Source: Amoebophrya sp. A120 (taxonomy: Eukaryota; Protista; Dinoflagellata). From it: a stretch of 64,000 bases of DNA. Position 1 is the first letter of the stretch. Each line of letters starts with the position of its first letter. Location of the stretch: assembly GCA_905178155.1 (NCBI GenBank), contig CAJINV010000002.1, forward strand, positions 2,378,162 to 2,442,161, written 5' to 3'. This document shows, piece by piece, positions 1 to 12,900 of this stretch. The notes beneath the pieces are model-generated. The model had not been told where the DNA came from. It made no database searches and saw nothing but the letters and a program-made list of their open reading frames with translations. The position numbers and the translations under genes were made by a program.

Positions 1-18
1 AGTATCGTACTAGTATAA

Positions 19-859
19 ACCAGCCATGCTCCGGCTGCCGCCGGAGCGCAAGGCTGTTGGGCCGGGGCAAGACTGTTTGCCGATCGGACCACAACCCCGC
101 GGGCCTATGCACAACGAAACATATTGCGCCGCGCCAGCCCGCAGGACCACTTGCGCGCTTCCCGCGCCTGTGGGCGCTCTGCGCAGGGAGCAGCTGCAAA
201 GAACACCGGGGGCGAACAGAAGCCGCCCGGCGGGAGAGGGTAGCGCGAGAGGGTGGCGCGAGAGGGTGCGCGAGAGGGTGGCGCGAGAGGGTGGCGCGAG
301 AGGGTGCGCGAGAGGGTGGCGCGAGAGGGTGGCGCGAGAGGGTGCGCGAGAGGGTGGCGCGGCAAGGCGCCGAACAAAACAGCTCCGCGAATGGCCTGCA
401 GTGCCAAATATGGGTAGTGCCATGCGGATTCGCGCCCGCTTCTTTGTGTTTTACCCTCTCGCAGACCTCTCGCAGAGCCTCTCTTTGACCTCTTTTGGGG
501 GTCCCCGCTAATAATCCGGCTATACTCGCTGGTAGAGGTCGACAGAGGTGGCCGAGAGGTGGCCAAGAGGGTCCGCGAGAGGTCGCCCCTTATTCGCGCC
601 ACCTCTCGCCACCTCTGTCGACCTCTCGCGCCCCCTCTTTTTGACCTCTCTGCGCCCTCTGTGCCACTTAGGCGGCGCCTAAGGGTGGGCCCTTACTGCG
701 GGCCTTATTCGCGCACCCTCTCGCGGACCCTCTCGAACGGGGTTCCGCGCCACCTCTCCACCTCTGTCGACCTCATTTCTACCTCTGTCGACCTCTTTTT
801 TACCTCTCGGCCACCTCTCTGGGACCCTCTGTCTACCTCTTTTTTCGCATTAATATAAT
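19..859. mobile_element. GC-rich repeat insertion nested in a family B introner
   Basis: Flanked by gtataa (13-18 and 860-865). Hairpin gctccggc/gccggagc at 29-48. Internal 12/13-mer tandem array. Confidence 0.6.
234..360 (+). repeat. Tandem repeat gcgagagggtg(g)c, about 10 copies
   Basis: Seen directly. Degenerate complementary units (cacctctc, ccctctcgc) are scattered over 450-840. Confidence 0.9.
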
Positions 860-987
860 GTATAAGTAATCGCATGACAAATTAGCTCAGCATGACAAAT
901 GGGATTTGTCATGCTGTTTTACCTTGGGATGAAGATTTGTAATGCATGACTGCGATTACTACGAGTGCGATACTTTTGCACAGGATA

Positions 988-3900
988 TACCAGTTAAAAG
1001 CGCAAAACTCAGGCTGCGGGTCCACCTGGTCGCACCGTTTTTTCCTTTTGCACTCGTACGCCAGCGACTTGTCCCGGTTGATGAAGACCCCCCGGCAAAA
1101 TTTGTTTTGCGTAGTGTCCCACGGGTTGATAAGTTTCGGGGCATCCGCGTCAGACAGTGCTAGTTCTCTGGTTTGATGTTTCTTGGAAAGCAGTGTGGCG
1201 GGCGCAGCTTCTTCTGTAATTCCTCCATCTTCCGTGGAGCTTCCAGTCGTCGTTTCTGTTTTGCTCGAAGCAGAGCCTCCTCCCCTCCCCCGTAAAAAAC
1301 ACTTTTGCAATGTCCCGATTACATCTTGACTCTGCCGGATCGCCAAACCCCCCGAATCGCCACTATCATCCTCACAGAAATATTCGTTTTGCACGGCTTC
1401 TAAATCCGCGAACAAATCGTCGATCAACTGCCCCTTCCAGGATTCCACCTTGGCGATGAACTTGTCTTGCTGTTTCGGCGTAGCTAAATGTTCTTTCTCC
1501 ACAATCTCCTCCCCCTCTTTTTCCACTTCCTTCTCCGCCGGACCGCGGTTCAATAGCTCCTGGTACGCGAGTTCCAACTTCTCCTGGTAAGACAAAGTCG
1601 AAGTGGTGGTCGTGGTAGTTGTCGTGGTTGTTGTGTTCATCTGTAGTTCCGCGTCCAGCATTTCCGACGGGTCTTTGATCTCCCTGGGCGTGGTATCGCA
1701 AGAAAAAACTGCTTCACTGTAAACTTGTAAAAATGCAGAAAATGCATCGCAGCAGTGTTTGTGTTGCTACACATGTTGCAAGACAAGTGATTTTTAGCCG
1801 TGTTTTCCCTTGGCATCCTCGCATGGCAAGTTTTCTTCGTCACGTGTAACGAACTTGTGATGCAAAACTTGCAAAATCATCACAGTGAAACACTGTTTTC
1901 GTACGATACGTGGCCAAGGACTCCGTTCCTTCCTCCGTTGTTTTCCGTACCAAAAACCACTTCTGCTTGCAGTCCGGCTGCTGCGCCCCGTATTCTAATT
2001 CGTACATCGCGCACTTCTTTATCCCTGGGGAGACAACCTCATCCAGTCCGTTTCCGCACTTGTAGCCGAGGGTCTTTTCTGGATTGACGAAAACCCCGCT
2101 GCAACCACTCTCGTCCAATAGACATTCGTGCATGAGAGCGCGAATGTTGGTAAAGAGGCTGGGGGCTGTACTGCCGAAGACAAAAGGCTTTTCGCAGTAG
2201 TATTCGCCCGTACTCGCGCCGGTGATGTTCAGTAAAGTTTCCACGTTGGCGAAGGAGGGAAGCTTGGAGGTTAAGTTGTTTGCCGTCACTGTGACGTTGA
2301 TTTGCTGCTGGGGAGAAATACTGGGAGAACTGTCAGGATCGGAGTCAGCTTCTGATGCTTCATCTGGAGACGCTTTATTTTCTGCCGGTTCTGTTCCAGC
2401 TTCCGCCGGTTCCTCTCCCGCCGCAGCGGGCGGGTCTTGCTTGCTCTTCTGGAGTTGCAGAAGTTTCGTGTTTGCTAATGTTCTACTTGATTTTCGTGTA
2501 GTTCTCTTTTTCCTTTCTAACTTTATCGCCTCTTCCCTATCTGCCTGCAGCAAGCTCAGCAATTCCTTTCTCCTTTTTTCCAAAGTGGCCACTTGGAACC
2601 GCAATGTCTCGGTTTTGTTTTGTTGGGCTGCTCCTCCTTGGGCGTCTGTAGGTGACTGTTGATCTGTTTTAATATTTCCTGAAGTTTCGTCATTTTTCGA
2701 AGCTGCAATCGCGGCTTTCTCCGCCTTTTCCCTCCTCTCCGCAGCGGCCTTTCTTGCGCTCTTCACAATGTCGTTCACCGCATCACGAAAACTGGCCCAG
2801 GCTTGCGACTTTTGCAACTCCTTTTCACTTTTTTTATTTGTCGCGAACCCCTTCGCGTCCGGGTCCGAGCCAGAGCCACTATCACCGTCCCCCATAGAAC
2901 TCATCTGCTCCAACTGCCCCGCTAAATCCGGGTTATCGAGCATGATCCCCGGGAGAAGAGTATTCCAAAACTGGTACTGCGCGTTGTGCGGCTCGAGCTT
3001 CGTGCCCGTTTCGGTGTCCAGGAGCACTTGCAGGTTGTTTTCGTCGTAGTCCATGGTTAGAATGGTCGCTTGTTTACTATCTTTGAAAGTTATAGGAGGA
3101 CCACCTGGGTCGTCGGACACCATCGTGAGGATTTTCGGGACTAAGAATTCGAAACCGCGGAATTGTTCGTTGAGATCCAGAGCCGTAGAGGTAGAAATTT
3201 TATCTCCGATATTTTGTCCTGGCTGTATCCTCTGCACCGCCGCCCGGAGAATGACCGTCAAGATGCTGCGCAACCGCGAGACGTGCAACACGATCTCGGT
3301 CGGGGGTTTATTTCCAGTAGTTGGTTCCGCGGTACTTCTTTGCCGATCAGTTTTTCTCGCGGCGAGTAAAGCAGTTGTTATCGGGTCGTCGGTACTCGAA
3401 GCCGATACGTCGCTTATCTCATCTCCTGCATCCTGCTCACCGGATATCGCTGTAGTTTCTGAATCTGAACCACTAGCACTCCTCGTCGCATTACTGACCG
3501 CCGCGGTTGAAGATGACGATGAGCTTTCGTTTCTTCCCATAAACCCGTGCTTTTTCAGATAGTCCTCCATTTTCGTGTAAAAAGGTTGGTACAGCTCCAT
3601 CATTTTACTCCCAATGTTCCGCTCTCCCGCGACAATCATTTGGTGCCGGTGCCGGTACACATGCACGTTGATCACCCGGTGATCTGGGATCGCCGTCGCT
3701 TTCACGGCGGAAAGAACCGAGTTTCGCAGGTGCTCGTTGACGCACGTGTTGAACTGTTCCAGCTGAATCGCTTGCGTGAAAAGGGCTAGTTGCTGCGTAG
3801 AAGAAGATTCTGCTTTACTACTACCAGGAGCAGGCGGGAGATCACGACTGTTTTCTTCTACATCACCCCCTTCCAGGCTGTCCACATCATGATCCTCTTC

Positions 3901-6900
3901 TTCATCAAACCCCGTTATCCGGTAGCAAATGTCCACATCCAAATCCCGCCCAAAGCCGTCGTTCCCCAGCCCCACCCGCGCGAACGCCGACTCGATGGCC
4001 TGCGCGGTGAGTTGTGTGGCCGGAGCGGAGTTCGCGGTGGCACTCCCGTCGATTTTTCGGCTGTACCCGAATAAGGGGTTCGGGTACATAGAATCCGGCG
4101 TGGGAATCAAGCCTGTCAAAGCGTTGCTGCCGCTGAACGTACCGCTTCCGGGAGCGGTTAGTGTACTGGGGAACACCTGACTCGGGTACCAGTCGGTACC
4201 AACCGAAGTTAGTCGCGCTGGCAACCCTTGCACACCGGCGATACTGGGGGGTAAATCCGCGCGAATGGAATCATATGCACTGCAAAAGTATCGTACTAGT
4301 AGTAAGCGCAATACAAATTAACTCAGCATGACAAATGGAATTTGTCATGCTGTTTTGCCTTGTGATGGAGATTTGTAGTGCATGACTGCGATTACTACGA
4401 GTACGATACTTTTGCACAGGATAAGTCCCCGTCGGAGCTGCTGTACGCTTCTTCGGAAAAGGGGCCCGGGAGTTCGTCGAGATCGGCTTTGGAGGTGGAA
4501 ACTGGGGAGAGAAGACCGTCGGTGAAATCGAAATCGGATTTTGAAGCGGTGGAGGATGAGCTAGAGCTTCTGCCTAAGCCTATCTCACTCCCAAATTGCG
4601 TTTGCATCTGCATCTGCAGAAATTGCAAGTACTCCGCGGGTGGTGGCTGGCCTGCAGCTGTCCCTGTTGCACCCACATCACTAGTATCTCCAGATGCGCC
4701 GGCCGACACCGACGCGTCATTTGGTGCTCCTGCACTGCCATCACCATCGCCACTGTTTGTTTTCTCCAGCGTCTCGCTTGCCACCACCGGCTCTTTGTCA
4801 CCGTTGTCATTTTTGGACATCTCCACCCCACAAACCGCCTGACCAATGCGGATTCTAGGACCGCCGGGGTTGTTGAGGGTGCTACTACTTTTCGTGCTGC
4901 CTCTTGATGTGCTCCCACGAAACTCCTGTTGCCTCGCATCAAACATCTGCATCAAAGCTGCTGGCGCGCCAGCAGCTGGATCTTGTTGATTTGTTTCCGG
5001 GAACCCAAAACTCGTTTTCAAAACCGGTTTTGCCGGCTCCAGCTGCAACTATTGAGAGGAAAAATCCTCCCTCCCCATATCGAAAGTGTATGTTTCCGAA
5101 AATTTGTCTTGCTGATTTGAGACCACAAATCACGTCTGTCTTGCAAGAAGACAACTCTACAGGCTCTGCCGCATTATGCAGGCGGTTTGTGATGTTGTTG
5201 GGCCTACAGCATAGACGTTTCTCTTGCTAAGCGCCTAGGCCGAAACCTCTCTACTCAGGCTTCGCAGGAGCTTGTAGTCCTCTACTGCAAGACAAGCCTG
5301 ATTTGTATACGCAAATCCAGCATCAGAAACTTCCGTTTGATATGGGGAGGGGGGATTTTTCCTTGTGATAGCAACCCTAACTTCTTCGACGGAGGTTTTT
5401 TACTTGCTGATCCGTTTTCGTTGTCCCCATTCCCCTTCTCCTGTTGCTCTTGGTAGTGCTGTGACAGAAACTTCTGCATCTCTTCCTGCTTTATTGCCCG
5501 ATCGAAGTTCTTCTCCATAATGGATCGGTGATTCACGTATGCATTGCAAATATGTCAGTCTGGGTCTGGAAGAGAGCGCTTGTTTGGCATGCATGTTTTG
5601 CATGACCCATGATGTCTGTGATGCATGCCCTAGCATCACAGATGTTTTGAGGGCTTCCTCATCCCTAATCCGCATGACAAATGCCCTCGTCTACTCCGCG
5701 TAGCAAGAACAGGACTTCGCTTGCTGCTCATGCAATACAGTTGTTCTTTGGAATCGAAACGCAGCATCACAAGTTGTATCCTTCCAGACCCAGACATATT
5801 TGCAATGCATATCACGTGCGTGCTGTTGATTTGGTTTTCGTTTTGGGTAAAATCAATCATCAGATCCCCCGTGATTATGACCTGCAAAAGTATCGTATTC
5901 GTATAAATGCATTACAAATTTCCTCAGCATGAGAAATAAAATTTGTAATGCGGATCCGGATTTGCCTTGAGAACAAGATTTGTAATGCATGATTGCAATA
6001 CGAGTGCGATACTTTTGCACAGGATAGTGATCTCGTCCGCACGATGTACGTCGTAGGAGCAGAAATCCACGATCGCACGGGGCTGTCGATTTGTAGCACT
6101 GCGCTGCATCGGTTCTCTCTGTACAAAAGCGTCCAACGCAAATTGCACCGCGAGAGAGATTATCAAATGTAAAAATGTCTGGGTCTGGAAAAGTGTAGAC
6201 TTGTCATGCACATTTTCCATGACCCATGAGGTCTGGAATGCGGGACTTAGCATGACAGACTCTGCGGAGTCTCTGTCATGTCTATCCTGCATGAGAAACT
6301 CCCTTCCAACTTGGTCAAAAGTGTACAGCTTTTGGCACTCATGCAACAGAGATTTTTGCATGCTTCAGATTTACCATGACAAGTTGCAATCTTCCAGACA
6401 TCCAGACATTTTTGCAATTCATAGAGATTTTTTCGCAGAAAATCCTCCTGTCGTTCGGTGCGTATCCTGATTAAAAACGTCCCCACACCAGAGTCAAGAT
6501 GGGGACTTTGCAACACAAACCTAGGAGTTTTGGGAATCACGCATGACAAGTTTCAGTCCGTAAGGTAGTGCAAGTTAGCAAGGAAAGCCGCATCACAAAT
6601 CGATCTGCTGATCCTGTTTACAGCATTACAAGTTCCCAAACACGATTGAAAATGCCTGTCATGGGGTTGCGCATCACAACTATTCCTGTCATGGCAAATC
6701 TGCATGACAACTCTGGGGTGGGGACGTTTTTACTCAGGATAGTGCGTCAGCGAGGTTCTGGATTTTCAGGGATAAAGCCCCCGTGAGCCGGTTTTTCCCG
6801 TCGTTTTTTGTGCATTGGTTCAGTTTCCTCTCCAGCGTAATAGCGATTCGGTCAATCGCGGCCTTGCGTTGGTTTTCCAGTCGTTCTTGCTCGGGGGTCA

Positions 6901-9900
6901 GGTAGTTGGTGGGGGTGATATTGTCCTGGTCTGACCCTGCCGGCGTCGCGCTCGTGCTTGTGGTAGGTGGTGGAGGGAAAAATATTTTCAACGACCGGGT
7001 GTCGTGTGGTGTTAGTGAGTCTTGCACTGACTTTGTCAACGCGCTTCAGGAAATAAGTACTTCAGCATGATAAAGGCGAAACCCAACTTCTCTTCTCCGC
7101 CGCACTGAATCTGCAAATTTTTGCAACACATGCAGGTGAAATATTAAACGTGCAACTAGTACTAACCCGCCTGTTGAACAAATTTTCCCATCCCATACAG
7201 GTGTCGTGAAATTCAACAGCAGTGCCTGCGCTGTCACCTGATCGGAGTTCACAGGCATTAACGGGAGCTGCACCGGATACTCCTTCGCTGTTGTTGACTT
7301 TTCTTCTCCTTGTGCACTGGTGTCACTTCCTCCCGCATCCTCTTTTTCACGTCCCAACATCTTCGTCCTCGTGGTCTCCTCTCGCAGATTCCGCAGTGCT
7401 TCGGTGAAGGAAAGGAGCGCTTGCGGTTCTTTATTCGGGTTAATATTTGGTACCGATGGTCGTACTCTTGATGCAACCTGCGAAGCAGTAGAATCTGATG
7501 CACCTTTCATCGATGCAGTATGAATTTCAGAAGCTTTATCCCCCACGCCCGCACTTGCTGGTATCGTGGTTTTCGTCCTCTTCGCAGCCAATTTTGCGCC
7601 TGCCTTCGGATCTGACACAGCAGCGTCCGTTGGTTGTGGTGGTATTTCGTTGCAAACAAACTCCCCTACCGGTGACACGGCGGAAGAATATGTGCTGTCT
7701 ACCGACGTTTTTGAGCTGTTAGTAATCTTCTCTGCCGTTGCGTTAGTACTGTCGGTGTCGCCCGACGCGCTACCACCGGTACTGCTACCCAAAACATCAG
7801 TATTCTGTGGTTTAAAGCTGCTACGGTCGAAAAACTGTTGTCTTTTTCTCACCGCGTTTTCCTCCAATTTTGCGTTTACCAGCGCCGGTTGCATATCAAA
7901 TGTAAAAATGTCTGGGCCTGGAAACTTGTGATGCTGGGTGGCGTCTCATGATGAGGCCACAAGTGCTGGCTCAGCATGACAAGTTTCTGAGCTTCTAGGT
8001 GTTGCCTACTTATTCTGCATGACAAACTGCGTTTCTGCATCACAGAAAAATGGAGCTCCTGGGTAACGTGCATGACAGACTTAAGAGTCATGCCAGACAA
8101 GCATGACAAACATGCACTCTTCCAGACCCAGACATTTTTGCATTTGATATTGCAACTTCTCGAACAACTCCTCATCCTCAGCACTCGCGGCTCCGTCTTG
8201 CGAGGAGTAGCTGAAGTCCATCCTTTCCTCCAGCTCGCAAGCGCTGCAGACCGCCGCGCTCTTCTGCCAACAAACGTTCTTCGCCCGTTCCGGGCGCAGG
8301 CCGCATATGAAATGTAAAAATGTCTGGGTCTGGAAGATTGCAACTTGTCATGCTAAATTTTTTTTTTTTTTGCTAGGCTTCTCGCGTGTCGATTTGAAAT
8401 TCTTTTGATTTTTCTTTTGGTTTTCTTTTGATTTTTCTTTTGATTTTTCTTTTCATTTTTCTTTTGATTTTTCTTTTGATTTTTCTCTTGATTTTTCTCT
8501 TGATTTTTCTTTTAATTTTTCTTTTGATTTTTCTTTTTGTTGATATTTTCTTTTGATTTTTTGGTATTTCTTTTCGTTTTTCCTTTGTCTCGACACACAA
8601 AAAGCGGTGGGCGATTCACGAAGAAGTGCGCGGGTGTGCTCGGCGTTCCCGTGGCCTTAGGCCCTACCTTTTGGATAAAAGCTGCCGCTCCTCCTCCCCA
8701 CGTCTCTTCCTTTCGCCATTGCCATCACTCCATTCATGGCCGACAGTTCCACTTCTCGCACGTCATCTGCATCCCTCCACAGAGATTTGTGAATCCTCTT
8801 CGGCCTGCGCAGTAGCAACGAAAAAGCAGTGTGCCAACCTGGCGGAGATTTACGCACTGACGCCTGCCCCCACATCTTGTTCTTGGAAGGATGTCCAATA
8901 TTTACACTTACATCTTGATATCATGGAAAACATAGAGAAATCAACTATTTATTTCTATGTTGGTAAAAATGAAAGCGGAATAGAATAGAAAGCAAACTAT
9001 ACTACTTTGGTGCTGCAGGCAACTAATAGTTCTGAAGACAGGGCAGAAAAAAGCTCTTCTGTAGTGCAAGGAGGTCAGTACTAAGTAACTTTCCTACAAA
9101 ATCCTTGGAAATTCAACTACTCAGGACTATATACGACTCATTTTTTTTGCTCAACAAGTACTACCTTTTCACTACTACCACCTCCTTTCTCCATCTCAGC
9201 CTGTCCCTGTTTTTATTTCTTTTTGAATGGAAAGTTACGAGCAACAGGCAAAAAAACGCCTGTATTTAGGACGAACAGCAAACTACGAACCTGTCTGCGA
9301 AGTTACCAGGTGCTACGATGACGAATTCACGAATGACGACTTATTTTCTTTCGCGCGACGATTAGGCTGAGGAATGGGTCTGCTTAAAAATACCAGGTCA
9401 CTGTCCATGTGTTTACTAGTACCAGGGGACCAGGCAGCCACGTAGCTCATTAGGTACAAGGTTACTCTATGCCGCTGATTGGTACAGTTCTATTCTAAAT
9501 CTTCAGCGATGAGCAAACGCTCCACCTAGGTCTGGCTTTATGGGGTTCCCTTTATATTGGTGCACGTTGCGGGCTTCGCAGCAGGGACCTGTTGTTTTAT
9601 GCATTTTTGATTTTCATTGAGTTGTTTGCTCGAGGATGTTATCTGACTTAGCATCATGATCTCAACTACCATCTATATGTTCATCATACACAAGCAGGCA
9701 CTAACAAAAAACACGAACCTCCGATCTGCAAATCTATTGCCATCAAATAGCTCCATAGTCATTATTTTTATATACCTGGTATCTTCCTTTCTTCACTTTC
9801 CCCCTCCTCAGCCCAGCTTTTCGCACGATGTAGTACTGGTCGTTTTTCTTTTTCTTTTGGGATCTCGTCGCTTCATAAACAAAAAGGAGAGGATTTGATT

Positions 9901-12900
9901 TGCAGAGAACCTGGGGAATTTAATTTTTTGTGACTCAAGGCATCTAGTGGCGCGTCAATCAAGATACTTCATCGGAATGGCATCAGTAAATACCTTCAAA
10001 TTGCTCATTCTATTTAGTTTCTTATACACATTGTCGATCTTGGTGTGCTGCTTTGGAATTCGTTCCATTGTGTGCCCTATTTCATCGACACATCCCTTCA
10101 CCCTATCTCGAAAGAACTCATGCGTTAACTTTGCCTCTTCGTCCACTATAAGACGCATGATTTTCTGCGGCTGTTTTAGTAAGCTGCGCCCGAACTTGTC
10201 ATGCTAAATCTGCAGCATGCAAAAATCTGTGTTGCATGATTACCAAAAGTCGCCCAATTTTGACCAAGTCGGGAGGTAGTTTCTCATGCAGGATAGGCAT
10301 TAGAAAGCTCTCGCAGAATCTGTCATGCTAGCTCCGGCATTCCAGACCTCATGGGTCATGGAAAAACTGCATGACAAATCGCGCATTCTTCCAGACCCAG
10401 ACATTTTTACATTTGATACCGCAGTAGTCAAACGCAAACAGGTCGAAGTCGTTGGAGTCGTAGGGGTTGCAACCGGAGCTGACGTCGTCGAGGGTGTGGA
10501 AATACTCGTCGCTGCATATGCAATACAAATTTCCCGTACATGTACAAAATGCATCACAAATTTCACCAACCTAGAAGAAGTTACTTGTCATGCTGAAGAG
10601 GTTTGAAGGAAAAGTTTGTCATGCGGAAGCCACATTTGTACGTCGTGTACAGGAAATTTACTGTGGATACTGCAGGCGAGATCTTCCTCCGGTTTGTTGA
10701 AATACCGGTACACAATGCTGTCGTACATGAAACTGCACACGTCGTAGCGTTATGCAGTGCAAATCTGTCTGGGTTTGGAATCCTGTGATGCTGATTTGCT
10801 GCTGATTGCAACGCTTGCCACGGCAGCCAAGCATGACAAGTTTTTGAAACGCTTCCTGATGTCTAGCACGCATTACAAATTGCGTTTTCGCATGGAAAAG
10901 GAAGTGGCTCTTCTGCTGCTCACGCAACACAGATTTTGATTTTCTAGGAATGCTGCAAAATACGCATATACAAGTTCAAGTTCCACTTTTCCAGACCCCG
11001 ACATATTTGCAGTTGATAAGCGTAGGCAATCCCGGCCCCAGTTCGAGCACTGCACCGACTTGGTGTCGCTGGCGATGCAGCCCTGTCCGCACCGGCCCAT
11101 ACAGGAGTTGTCGGAGAGAATCGTGTCGATTGCGAAATCCTGCACGTCCACGTCTTCGGGAGCAAGAAACTTTGTAGTCATCATGGCCCTTCTGCTCTCC
11201 TCCTGTTGCAAAAGAACCACGCCTTCAAGTTGATCACCACGACCTCCTGGCGCTCTTGTTGTATTAGCCGACGAGGACGAGACGCTGCTATCAAGTGTAA
11301 AAATGTCTGGGTCTGGAAGATTCTGACACTTGTCATGCACGTTTTGCATGAGCCATGATGTCTGTAATGCATACCCTGGCAATACAGATTTCTTCAGGGC
11401 TTCTTGATGCCTATTCCGCATGACAAACGCCTTCTCAGCGTAGCAAAAATTGCATTCCCTTTGGTACTCATGCAATACAGGTTTTTTTGGAATCCAACTG
11501 CAGCATCACAAGTTGCAACCTTCCAGACCCAGACACTTTTACAGTTGATAGCTACTTGTCGTCGTAGAATTGTTCGCACTGTCGTCTTATCAAATGCAAA
11601 AATGTCTGGGTCTGGAAGAATTTGTCGTGCAGATTGTACATGACATGTGACGTCTGTAATGCATAACCTCGCATAACAGATTTTTAGCGGGCTTTCTGAT
11701 GCCTATCCCGCATGAGAAGTACCCTCTCCATGTAGCACAAACTGGACCCCTCTTGCTGGTCATGCAATACAGATTTTTTTAGAATGCAGAGACAGCATCA
11801 CAAGTTGCAATCTTCCAGACCCAGACATTTTTGCATTTGATACGTCTGTGTCTATCTCCGCGCCCGCATCCGCCTCCGTCGGTGCCGGGGTTGTGATGCT
11901 GCCATTATCGTCATGTTCTTGGCGCGGCGGGGGAAAAAACTTCTTCGCGACTTGCACCGAGTTCACGGGCACCTCTTCCAGGCCCCAGCACTCTATCCTG
12001 AGAAAAAAGTGTTACAGTTTGTTACAGACTCTGATGGAAGACAGGCAAGACAGACGACCTTTGTCATGCAGGAAATGCTTGCCAGCTTCATTTCATTCGT
12101 GTTTTCCCTTATAGTCTGCGCATCACAGGTTTTCTTTGCCATGCCGGCGACTTTGTGATGGAGAAAGAACTCCAACAAATGTGTAACTGTAACACTTTCA
12201 TTTTCCTGTGATACACTCTCCGGCCCGCATGGTGACCTCGTAGCAGATTTCCGGGCAAGAGCGTCGAGATGAAGCAGCAGCGTCTTCTTGCTTTGCATCG
12301 GAAAGATCCTCCGTCGTGGTTCCACTTGGCGTGGAGGTCGTTTTCCCGAGTTTTCGCCCCGTTTCGATGCACGGCCCGTTGAGTTCGCCCAGGTGGGGCA
12401 GGCCCAACTCCGGCCCGGTGAATTGGACCACGTACTCCCGGTCATTCTCGTAAAAGTCCGTGAAAGGTTCTAACCGCTCGATGCTGCACACGGAGTTGGT
12501 GTTGGTATGTGATGCAGTGGTTCCATAATTATTTTGATCACCATCCCCAGATGAAAACTCGTTTTCTGAAGAGGAAGAACCCCCAGATTTGTTGTAGCTT
12601 GCCGGGATCAGAATCGACTCTGACGCAGAAGTACCGGAGGTGGTGGAGAAGAAACCACTAGGTGCTTGTTGCGCATTTGAACTTCTTCTTGATCTTCGAA
12701 ACCCGTCGAACAAGAACCCGCTGCTTCTGGTTTTTCTACTTCTCTTGTTCGAGTACGTGTGATCACCTCCAGCACCCCCATCAGCGAAGCTTCGTGCTTG
12801 CTGCAAAAGGCTCGTCTGTTCACCGTTCTGTTGTCCGCCTGCTTCTTCCGTGGCTACATCGTCGTTTTCTAACTCTTCTGCTGCTGGGTATGCGTTGGCA

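Larger units (their letters stand above)
1..987. mobile_element. Family B introner, cut by the window edge and interrupted by a nested insertion
   Basis: Left TIR remnant agtatcgtactagt at 1-14; element resumes at about 860 and ends tacttttgcacaggata. Confidence 0.8.
8306..10418. mobile_element. Family A introner enlarged to 2.1 kb by a nested retro-insertion
   Basis: Left TIR at 8306, right TIR ends 10418, TSD ccgca; frame restored (DYC|GLRP). Confidence 0.88.

Noticed and set aside
10-858. Overlapping Arg/Ala/Pro-rich ORFs
   Set aside because: Products of a GC-rich tandem repeat that lacks stop codons.
8373-8600. KRKI-repeat basic ORF
   Set aside because: Translation of a 12-bp tandem repeat near the retroelement 3' end.
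9924-9940. ttttttgtgactcaag resembling the 3' end of the dinoflagellate spliced leader
   Set aside because: Short, imperfect and on the opposite strand to the element's reading frame.
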